Source of the DNA: a virus
Lineage: Duplodnaviria > Heunggongvirae > Uroviricota > Caudoviricetes
Strand: one strand, 5' to 3'
Virus record (IMG/VR): IMGVR_UViG_3300022660_000063
Coordinates: 64,001 to 90,008 of that record
DNA length: 26,008 nt
Both the position numbers and the translations under genes were made by a program. Of this stretch, positions 9,581-19,000 are shown in pieces. The notes under the pieces were generated by a model. The model was not told the origin of the DNA and made no database searches. It saw only the letters and a program-made list of their open reading frames with translations. Each line of letters starts with the position of its first letter. Positions within the stretch are counted from its first letter, which is position 1.

Positions 9581-10480
9581 ATGTCAAATATAATAATAGC
9601 AGGGAATAAATTTGAAAATGTGAATAAAGTAACTTTTAACACTCCAGATGGTTCTCTTGCAACATTTTGGTTAGAAGGATTATCTCCTCAACCACCTACA
9701 CCTGAATTTGACCCAATATTTGCAAATAACACCCCAGAGCAAATAAGTGCGGTTAGTGCTTATATATCAGAAAATAACTATAATTCAACTCAAGTTAAAC
9801 AGACATTTGGTTGGGACTTGCAAACTGATACAAAGCCTATAACTTTAACAAATGGTGAAGTGATAGAGGTTGGGTTCTTAGGTTTTAATCATGATGATAA
9901 AAGTGATGGTACAGGTAAAGCTGGTATAACTTTAGGTATGAAAAATTGTTTAAATACTGATTATGGTATGAGTGTAGGTGGGCATACAAATGCGGGTGGC
10001 TATTTTAACAGTAATTTTGCTACACAAGATTTACCAACGATTTATAACTTATTACCAGACGAATGGAAATCAATTATTAAGCCCGTTTATAAAAAAGCAG
10101 CAAATGGTGGTGGTGCAAATTATAGTGCAGTAATAACCCAAAGTTGTAATATATTCTTATTAAGTGCAATTGAGTTATATGGAGAAAATGCTAATATAGG
10201 CAATAATCTTACTGTTAGTGAAGGTGTTGAAGGTGGTATTAATGAGGGCCATATTTATGAATATTGGGTGGATAAAATTAATTCAGATAGAGTAAAAACA
10301 CATGTTAATGGAACAACATTAACCAGAGGCTGGTGGCTACGTTCGATACCTAGTATAGCTTTTCTTACACCATCAGGTAGTGAAGGTGGTGCAACTATGT
10401 ATTTCTTCAGATGTTCAGGAGCTCCACAAATGTTGGGTGCTAGAAATGCAGCAGGTATCTCATTTGCTTTCTGTGTTTAA
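9581..10480 (+). CDS. DUF6273-like (C-type-lectin-fold) tail-associated protein
   Basis: GFNHDDKSDG...ITLGMKNCL...GGYFNS...LPDEWKSIIKPVYK...IFLLSAIELYG...YEYW...WWLRS...GISFAFCV matches the typical DUF6273 pattern. Confidence 0.7.
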   Translation: MSNIIIAGNKFENVNKVTFNTPDGSLATFWLEGLSPQPPTPEFDPIFANNTPEQISAVSAYISENNYNSTQVKQTFGWDLQTDTKPITLTNGEVIEVGFLGFNHDDKSDGTGKAGITLGMKNCLNTDYGMSVGGHTNAGGYFNSNFATQDLPTIYNLLPDEWKSIIKPVYKKAANGGGANYSAVITQSCNIFLLSAIELYGENANIGNNLTVSEGVEGGINEGHIYEYWVDKINSDRVKTHVNGTTLTRGWWLRSIPSIAFLTPSGSEGGATMYFFRCSGAPQMLGARNAAGISFAFCV

Positions 10481-10492
10481 AAGGAGAATTAG

Positions 10493-10978
10493 ATGGCAGT
10501 ATATTTAGGAAAAGATAAAATAGCAGGGATAAGTACATCTAAAGATGTTGAAGGAAGTAATATATATGTTCACTATTTGGATTTAAATTTAGAGACAGAA
10601 GAACCAGGTGAATATTCCAGCCACCAAAGATGCTCTGCTATAATAGTAAATAGATCAGAACAGCCTTTTACTAATACTTTATTTAAAGAATATTGTTTAC
10701 AAAATGATATATCATCAATGACAAAAGGTATAACTTTAATTGGAAAAAGAATAATAACAGATGTAAATGATTCTTTTTTTCAAGAAGAAAATTATAATAG
10801 AGTTTGGTATAATCAAGATGATGATAAAATATATGCATTAGTTAGTATGGGTATTTTTTCTGATACTTCTTTCAATGGGGATAAAACCAATTGGTATGTA
10901 AGATACGATGGATATGGGGGTATGCGAGAAGTGCCTATAACTTTTAACATAGATTTTGATACTATAATAAAAATATAG
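10493..10978 (+). CDS. Hypothetical tail-associated protein
   Basis: SD AAGGAG. The N-terminus MAVYLGKDKIAG resembles starts of tail accessory proteins in Bacillota phages. Confidence 0.55.
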   Translation: MAVYLGKDKIAGISTSKDVEGSNIYVHYLDLNLETEEPGEYSSHQRCSAIIVNRSEQPFTNTLFKEYCLQNDISSMTKGITLIGKRIITDVNDSFFQEENYNRVWYNQDDDKIYALVSMGIFSDTSFNGDKTNWYVRYDGYGGMREVPITFNIDFDTIIKI

Positions 10979-10987
10979 GGGTAATAA

Positions 10988-11590
10988 ATGGCAGAAAATT
11001 TTAAAGGGATAGTTTACTTATCAGAAGAATTATATAATCAAAAGAAATTAAATAATGAATTAGATGATAATACTTTATATGGTACTCCAGATGAAGATCA
11101 ATCTATAGATAAAAGCATTGGCATAGGTGTTACTCATTATGATAAAGATACTTTAAACGAATATCTGGAAGAAATCTTAAGTTATACAAATCCATCAAAC
11201 GGTGGAACTTTACTATTTATTGGATTTAAATTAACTAATGATATCAGCGGTAATAGGTTTAAATTAACAAATTCTTTATCAGGAAGTTTATCAGCATCAC
11301 AAGAAAATGTTACTTTGTTATCAAATGAAACTTTTATTACCTTTAGACCAACAGCTGTTGAGCCAGATAATGGAACTACAAAATCAGTTAAATTTATCTC
11401 TTCTGATACAGGTAATACAGGAGTTATGAATTTAGTGCTAGATAAAACAGGTGGAGTGTTTAAAGCTATCCTGTCGGGTTCAAGTTCAACAGCGTCTGGG
11501 GATACGATAACTCAATATTTCTTTGATAGTATAGATATAATAAATGAACCTATAACACATTTAGTTATAGAGTATCAAGAATCAAATTAG
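10988..11590 (+). CDS. Hypothetical tail-associated protein
   Basis: The N-terminal FKGIVYLSEELY...ELDDNTLYGTPD resembles the LKGI...LDKDKLYIVKD starts of 5628 and 8407. Confidence 0.55.
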   Translation: MAENFKGIVYLSEELYNQKKLNNELDDNTLYGTPDEDQSIDKSIGIGVTHYDKDTLNEYLEEILSYTNPSNGGTLLFIGFKLTNDISGNRFKLTNSLSGSLSASQENVTLLSNETFITFRPTAVEPDNGTTKSVKFISSDTGNTGVMNLVLDKTGGVFKAILSGSSSTASGDTITQYFFDSIDIINEPITHLVIEYQESN

Positions 11591-11599
11591 GAGATTAAG

Positions 11600-12352
11600 A
11601 TGAAAATATTTAAAGGATTTTTATTTATATTTATAAATATTTTAAATATTATATTAGGATTAGCAACTACAGTAGGTACTTGTTGGTTTGCTTTACCTAC
11701 ATTAAGAATAACAGAAATTGGTACCAAAATAACTTCTGCAATACCAAATAATGTTATATTTTGGATAACAATAGCTGCAGCAAGTTTATTATTGATATTT
11801 TATTTGATAAAGAAATTTTGTTTTAAAAGATACTCTGCAAAAGTTAAAAATTTCTTTACTCATTTAAACACCTGGTTGATGGCAATCATAGCTGTAATAT
11901 TTTCAATAGTAGCATTTATTTATAGTGATATTGAAATACAGAATTTTGATTTAACAAAACTTAGAAAAAGTGGTATCGTAGTTTGCTTTGGTTTATTATT
12001 CTTATCTCATTTAGTTGCAGGCAAAATAGCCAAGGTAATAAATAGAAAAATTCAATCTTATGAAAATGCAAAAGAAATGAATGTAGTAGGAAGAAGTTCA
12101 ATAGTTTTTACTAATATGTTAAAGTTAGTTGAAATATTATTCCCTGAAGTTATTGTTCTTTCTTTGATTTGCTTCTGTGTATCTTGGAATGTAGCGGCTT
12201 ATTTCTTAATTATATTAGTAGCAAGTTTATTACCAATGTTGGGAAATATAGAATGTGATTTCACTACTAGAAGAGAAATAATTAGAAAGAAAGAATTAGA
12301 AGATGCTAAATTTATTGAAAATGTAGCAAATAAAATTAAGGGAGATAGATAA
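11600..12352 (+). CDS. Multi-pass membrane protein (about 5-6 TM segments), next to the holin
   Basis: Repeated 18-22 aa hydrophobic segments and a charged C-terminal tail. SD AGGAG; its stop overlaps the holin start. Confidence 0.7.
   Translation: MKIFKGFLFIFINILNIILGLATTVGTCWFALPTLRITEIGTKITSAIPNNVIFWITIAAASLLLIFYLIKKFCFKRYSAKVKNFFTHLNTWLMAIIAVIFSIVAFIYSDIEIQNFDLTKLRKSGIVVCFGLLFLSHLVAGKIAKVINRKIQSYENAKEMNVVGRSSIVFTNMLKLVEILFPEVIVLSLICFCVSWNVAAYFLIILVASLLPMLGNIECDFTTRREIIRKKELEDAKFIENVANKIKGDR
12304..12317 (+). promoter_or_regulatory. Putative internal promoter motif TGCTAAATTTATTG upstream of the holin
   Basis: 13-nt identity to the intergenic motifs at 1898 and 21824. Lies 35 nt before the holin ATG. 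Confidence 0.4.
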
Positions 12353-12735
12353 TGGATTGGTCAATAATTTTAGATTATGGAGTTAAAATAGCAGGCGTTG
12401 TTATTGCTACTTTAATTACAACTTTTGGTTCTATTTTATTTGCAAAATTAAAAGCAAAGATTCAAGATAAACGAGTAGATAATTTCATAACAAATGCAGT
12501 AAAAGCAGCAGAACAACTTTACCCAAATTTAGGAAAGAAAACTGGTAAAGAAAAATATGAATATGTTTTAAATGAAGTATTAGCTAAATTCCCTAATATG
12601 ACTAATAACCCACATTTAAAAACATTGATAGAAGCAGCAGTTTATGGAGTATCTGAACAAGTTAAACAAATAGCAAAAGAACAAGGTATTGAAGTTGAGG
12701 TTAAATCATCTAAACAAACTTTATCTAGTTTTTAA
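12352..12735 (+). CDS. Holin, LL-H-like family
   Basis: A single N-terminal TM segment followed by AVKAAEQL...GKEKYEYV...LIEAAV, the characteristic LL-H holin pattern. Confidence 0.75.
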   Translation: MDWSIILDYGVKIAGVVIATLITTFGSILFAKLKAKIQDKRVDNFITNAVKAAEQLYPNLGKKTGKEKYEYVLNEVLAKFPNMTNNPHLKTLIEAAVYGVSEQVKQIAKEQGIEVEVKSSKQTLSSF

Positions 12736-12741
12736 TTAAAG

Positions 12742-12792
12742 AAGTCTTTAGAACTTGTTTTTAAGTAATTCTAAAGACTTTTTATTATTTTT
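12742..12792 (+). terminator. Intrinsic terminator after the holin
   Basis: AAGTCTTTAGAA (12742-12753) is the exact reverse complement of TTCTAAAGACTT (12769-12780). It is followed by TTTATTATTTTT. Confidence 0.8.
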
Positions 12793-12834
12793 AATATAAA
12801 TTATAAGCAAGTATAGTTTCATTAAATCTAGATA

Positions 12835-12844
12835 TGTTAAATTA
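12835..12844 (+). promoter_or_regulatory. Variant motif TGTTAAATTA before the DedA-like gene
   Basis: Intergenic, downstream of the terminator and 12 nt before ATG 12857. It is a degenerate match to the TGCTAAATT motif. Confidence 0.3.
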
Positions 12845-12856
12845 AGTGAGAATAAT

Positions 12857-13933
12857 ATGAAAAGAGAAGATAATATAATAAAAAAATTATTAAACAAAGT
12901 AACTATAGAGCAGTGGCAGAAAGCTTTAAGAGTTATTATAATATGCATGGCATTTATGGCTATATCAGAAGGTATATTTGAGATACCTGCAATAGAAGAA
13001 TTTTTTGGTTCTGGTCTTATAGAAGGTAAGTCTGGTTGGTTGGTGTATGCAATAATCTGAGTGATTATGTTTGCTCAAGTAGCTATAATTCCAATTCCAG
13101 CATTACCTATTTTGGTAGCTTGTAATCAAATACCTAATTTAGTTGCTAATGGAAATGAGATAGCAAATTTATTTAGTCTAACTACTTTATTTTTTGTTGT
13201 ATTTGTATGCTCTGCCACTATAACAGGTGCTATAGCATCATACTGGATAGGAAGAACATTCGGTAAACCAGCTATAAAATGGGTAGCAGGTTCTAATGAA
13301 GATTATGAATTATGGAGTAAAAAATTAAATAGTAAGACAGGTAAATGGATATATGGTGCTACTGTTTTATTTCCTATATTCCCAGATGATTTAATATCAT
13401 TAGTAGTAGGTTCAATTAAAATGAATTTTTCATTTTATGTTATAGTAAATGCAATATGTAAATTCATAGGTTTATATTGCATGTTATTATTTATGAGAAT
13501 ACCTGGGTTAGACATATTCTTTGGTAAAGAGGGAAATGGTCCTCCAATTGCACTAATAGTTTATATTTTAATTTTAATAGTAGCAATTATATTAAAAAAG
13601 ATATTAACAAAGATATCAGATAGAAAGCAACCTAAAGAAGTAAAGTTAGAAGAAATTAAAGAAAAAATACTGTATATATTAAATAAAAAGAAATCTGCTT
13701 ATAAAGATTTAATTATTGATTATAATTTAGATATTAAAACTAGAACATATTTAGGAAGTAGAATTATTATTCATAAATATTATATAGTTAATAAAAATAA
13801 TAAGAAACAAAAAGTTAGAATTTTAATTGATTGTAAAGCAAATAATTATAAACAAATTATATTTGATAAAAGTTATAAATTAACTGAGGTGTATGATACT
13901 TTTGTAGAGGATTTTAAACAATGCGATTTTTAA
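12857..13933 (+). CDS. DedA/VTT (TVP38/TMEM64-like) membrane protein with a C-terminal soluble extension; TGA 13058-13060 read as Trp
   Basis: Track ORFs 12857..13060 and 13061..13933 are in the same frame, separated only by TGA inside a TM helix (LVYAII-W-VIMFAQVAIIPIP). Motifs QVAIIPIP, GAIASYWIGRTFG and LFPIFPDDLISLVVG are typical of VTT/DedA. Confidence 0.8.
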
Positions 13934-15225
13934 GAGAAGAATTATTATTGGAAGATATATGAGATTTAAAAAAATATTTTCCAAAAATTGATGATAAAAA
14001 ATATTTAGCATTAATTCAACTAGATCCTACATATAAAGGTGGTGATATTGCAGGAACTTATGCTAAATGGATTTTAAGTCTTGCTAATAAAAACAAACTA
14101 GATAATATTGGGCATGTTACCGATATATTAAAAAGATTTGAAGAGAATAAGAAAAATCTTAAAAATAAAGATATAATGACTTTTAAATCTCTTGAAGATT
14201 TAGATAACTATCTAAATGATAAAAATTCATATAAAGAACTATCTCAAAGACAAGAATTAAGACAGACTCAAAAAGCTGTAAGAGCTTCTGATATTGAAAA
14301 AGACGCTGAATTAGTTTATGAAGACTCTAATTGAAAAGTATATATTCCTAAAACTTATGAAGCTAGTTGTAAGTTAGGTAGAGATACAAGTTGGTGTACT
14401 GCATCAACTTCAAGTGACTATTATTATGATATGTATACTGATCAAGGACCTTTGTATATAAACATAAATAAAAGAACTAATGATAAATATCAATTTCATT
14501 TTGAGTCAGGTTCTTTTATGGATATGGATGATGATCCTATCGATGTAAAATCTTTCTTTGTAACTTCAGGTAATGAAAATTTATATAATTTTTATAAACC
14601 TTTAATCAGAGAGAAATTAGAAGGGTTGAAACCTTTCGATGATAATTATTCTATTTTAGATGTTAGAATGAGTAAATTAGCTGAAGGGCTTTCTAACAGA
14701 ACTTGGTCAGAAGATTTTTTACTTTCTTGTATGACCGGTGATATTTATGAACAATGAGATTGAACACCTTATTGATATTCAGCGGAAGAATTAGATTTTA
14801 TCACCACTTACTTAAATGACACAAATAAAGAAATACTAAAAGATCATAATATTTCTTTAGATAATTTAATTAATGAATTAAATGAAAATGATGCTTTACA
14901 TGATGCTATCAATATGGCTGTAAATGATGCATATAATGTAGGTAGTCAAGAAGCATGTGTTAAGGATTTTAATAAAGCTTTAGATAAGGCTATACCTTTT
15001 AAGTATAAAGCAAATCAAGAAACTCAACATTATGAAATCTATTTAACAGACAAAGATATTTTAGATCTATATGATTATATAAAAGGTTGTTCAACAGAAG
15101 AAGCTTTTGTTAATTATACAGCAGAAGATTTCTATTTTAGAGAACCTCAATACAGTTGAATGGAATTTGACGAAAGCATTTTTAATGATAGATTAAACGA
15201 TGCTCTTATTACAGAGGTATTTTAA
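13921..15225 (+). CDS. 434-aa uncharacterised phage protein with a W-C-T-A motif domain; six TGA read as Trp; possible head-packaged protein
   Basis: One continuous frame from ATG 13921 (SD GAGG) to TAA 15223-15225, interrupted only by TGA at 13960, 14332, 14755, 14761, 14773 and 15157. Contains W(TGA)KVYIPKTYEASCKLGRDTSWCTAS...GPLYI...KYQFHFES..FMD. Both ends overlap neighbouring genes. Confidence 0.8.
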
Positions 15226-16004
15226 TGAAATTTTTAAAAGAAAATAGAATTTACTTAAATGATTATGGAACTGGTAACATAGAAAATAATCAATATTTTG
15301 ATGTAACAAAAAGTGAAATGTCAAAGTATACAGATTATTTACGAGATCCAGAAAATACAAATAAATATTTTAAAACAACTTCTTCTATTGAAATGCTTAG
15401 CCCTAGAGAATATTTTGAAGCATGTGCAGAAATATTCGATAGCACTTTTGAAAAGCAATATAAACAAATTCAACGTGAATCAGAAGATCTTGAACATTTA
15501 AAAAATGTTATCTTAAAACAAAAGAAAAAATTTCCTATAACAGTTTTAAATTATGCTGAAAATATGCAAGAAGGTAGACATAGAATGTTTACTCTTGGAG
15601 AATTATTTGGTTGGGATAAGAAATATCCAGTGCTAGTTGTAAGAGAAACTCTTGAAGGTAAGGAATATAAAAAACAACAAGCTATATTCAGAGGTTTGAA
15701 TAGATTAACTAATAGAGCATTGGAATTTACTTTTGACAGTTATGAAGATGCTATCGAAGAAATAAGATACCATTTAGACAGAGAATTAAAAGATTACTAT
15801 GATTATGAAGATTTGGATATTATATTAACTAAGAAACCTTCTATAATAATTCAAGTAGATAATGTAAGTTATGAAATAGAAGATGACCTAATAAATATAG
15901 ATCCAGATAGAGAAAAAGATGACTTAGAAGATTTATTAGATATTGAAGATTTAATGTCTGAATTATCTCCTAGAGAACGTGAAATGTTTAAATTTGATAA
16001 CTAA
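15225..16004 (+). CDS. ParB/Srx-like domain protein
   Basis: FPITVL...QEGRHRM (15567-15584) resembles the ParB N-terminal/sulfiredoxin (D/E)GxHR motif. Acidic C-terminus. Confidence 0.55.
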   Translation: MKFLKENRIYLNDYGTGNIENNQYFDVTKSEMSKYTDYLRDPENTNKYFKTTSSIEMLSPREYFEACAEIFDSTFEKQYKQIQRESEDLEHLKNVILKQKKKFPITVLNYAENMQEGRHRMFTLGELFGWDKKYPVLVVRETLEGKEYKKQQAIFRGLNRLTNRALEFTFDSYEDAIEEIRYHLDRELKDYYDYEDLDIILTKKPSIIIQVDNVSYEIEDDLINIDPDREKDDLEDLLDIEDLMSELSPREREMFKFDN

Positions 16005-16029
16005 ATAAGATAAGGAGATTATGTAGCCA

Positions 16030-19000
16030 ATGACTTATAATTTCGATGAATTAAATAATCTTTCAGAAGAAGAGAAAAAATTAGCTTTAAGTATTTTAGA
16101 AGAATTTTCAAAAGAAGGTACCTCTAAAGTATTTGAAGATTTAAAATACGCAGATTATAACGAGATACCCGTAGACATAGAAACATTCTTAGATGACAAT
16201 AATTATTTAGGACATGCTTGACATGATGCTGAAGGTAAATCTAAATTATATCCTTTTTGAAGAGAAAAATTAAAAAAATTATTTCCGGATAATATTTCAA
16301 CTAGTGTAAATACATTTATTGAATCAGGAGCAAGAGGTTTAGGTAAAGCACAACCATTAGATAGTAAAGTTATGACATCTGATGGGTTTATTCCTATGGG
16401 ATCAATTAAACCTGGTATGAATGTAATTGGAGCGGATGGTAAGCCACATATCGTCACTCATATTTTTCCGCAAGGTGTTAAAGATGTTTATAAAATAACT
16501 TTTACAGATAAAACAACTACTGAATGTTGTAAAGAACATCTTTGGACAATTTTGCCAAAAAATAATTATAAGTATAAGAAAACTATTCATTTGCAAGAGT
16601 TATTCGACAAACCATTAATTAAGGTAAAACAAGGTAAATATAAAGAACATCTTTATTATATACCTGTAACTAAGCCAATTGAGTTTGAGAAAAAAGAACT
16701 ACTAATTGATCCATATATATTAGGGGTAATTTTAGGCGATGGCTGTATCCGAAGAAACTCATGTTCATTAACAAGTGCAGATAAAGAATTAATCGATTAT
16801 ATATCAAATAAATTAGATAAAACATTTGATAACATAAAAATAAGCCCATTACCATCATGTAAGTATGGATATATATTTTCTCAAAAAGTAAAAAAATTTA
16901 CTGTTGGTCCTAAAGGTAATCCTGTCGCCGAACCAAATCCTTTTGTTGAAGCATTACATGATTTAAATCTGATAAAATCTTCAGCTGATAAATTTATACC
17001 AAATATTTATTTACATAGCTCAGTCGAAGATAGAATTGAATTATTACAAGGATTAATGGATACTGATGGTACAATAACAAAAAATGGATCAACAATCCAA
17101 TTTAATACAATCAGTTCACAACTTTGTGACAATTTTATTTATCTAGTACAATCATTAGGTGGTGTAGCTCAATACAAAGAAGTTACAGGTAAATATAAAA
17201 AAGATGGGAAAGTTATAGAATGTAATACAAGCTATACTATCTCTATAAAATTACCTAAAGAAATAAAACCATTTAAATTATCACGAAAACTATCTAGAAT
17301 TAATCCTAATTCTTTAAATCCTAGTAGAGCTATAGAATCAATTGAATTGTCTAGAAAAGTTGAATGTCAATGCATAATGATTAATAGTGATGATCATTTG
17401 TATTTAACTGATAATTGTATAGTTACACATAATTCCGAAATCGCTGTTGCTGTTGCTTGTTATCTAATGTACAGGATAATGTGCTTGAAAAACCCAATTG
17501 AATTTTTTCACTTAAAACCAACTGAAAAAATATGTTTTGCTTTTATGAATATTAAATTAGCTTTAGCAGAAGAAATTGGTATTAGTAAATTTCAAAACAC
17601 AGTAAAACTTTCACCATGGTTTATGGCAAGAGGAACTATGGAAGGTAGGACTAATTTAAAATGGGTTCCACCTGATTATATCAATATAATAATTGGTTCC
17701 CAAGCAGATGACTTGATTGGTTTGCCTATTTTCTTTGCTTTCTTTGATGAAATTTCATTTATGAGAAATCAAGATATAGATAAACAAAAAGAAAAAGCAA
17801 TTAATATGATTGATACCGCTATTGGGGGTATGAAAACAAGGTTTATTTATAAAGGTATAAATCCTACTTTACTTGCTTTAGCATCTTCGAAACGAAGTGA
17901 AAAATCATTCCTTGAAGAGCATATTAAAAAGAAATTAAAATCTGAGAAAGAAAATGTTTTAATTGTTGATGAACCTGTTTGGAAAGTTAAGCCAAAAGGT
18001 ACTTATAAAGAAGAAACATTTAATGTAGCTTTAGGAAATAAGTTCTTGATGTCTCAAGTTATACCTACTAATGATGATGTAGATATATGGAGAGATAAAG
18101 GCTATAAAATAATTGAAGTTCCTATAGATTTTAAATCAAACTTTTTAGATGATATTGAAAGAGCATTATGTGACTTTGCTGGTATATCATCAAGTGAAAT
18201 TAGTAAATATATTTCTGGTGTTGCAGTACAAGAAATTAAAAATCTTGAATTACAAAATCCATTTATTAAAGATATATTAGAAATAGGAAATAGTCAAGAA
18301 GATAAGATACAATACTATGATTTATTTGATTTAAGTAAAGTAAATAAAAGATTAAAGAGTAGACCTTTGTTTATTCATCTAGATATGTCAGTAAGCGGAG
18401 ATATGACTGGTATTGCAGGTGTTTGGATTAAAGGTAAAAAACTAAGTACAACTGAAAATCAATCAAATGATTTATTTTATACTCTTGCTTTTTCAGTTTC
18501 GATTAAAGCACCAAAAGGATATCAAATATCTTTTGAAAAGAATAGAAATTTTATTTATTGGTTAAAAGAACAAGGATTTAATATTCAAGGTATCACGACA
18601 GATACTTTCCAAAGTTATGATACAGGTCAAGCATTACTTGCTAAAGGATATAAGTATAGTGTTTTATCTGTTGATAGAGTAGATTCAGATCATATATGTA
18701 AACCTTATCAAAATTTTAAATCTACAATTTATGAGAAAAGACTAGAAATATATGATTCTAAAACTTTAATTGATGAAATTATAGATCTAGAAAGAAATAT
18801 AAATACTGGAAAAGTAGATCACCCTGATGGTGGACGAAAAGACGTGTGCGATGCTGTATGTGGAGCATTATTTAATGCATCTAAAAATGCAGAACAATTT
18901 GCTTTTGATTTCGGAGAAAGTTTAGATACAACATTACAAGTAAGTAATGCTACAGCAAATGATAGTTATACTAAAAAACAAATAAATATAGAATTTGAAG

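Noticed and set aside
14431-15159. Track ORFs 14431..14757 and 14914..15159 as separate genes
   Set aside because: They lack SD sites and are in-frame fragments of 13921..15225.
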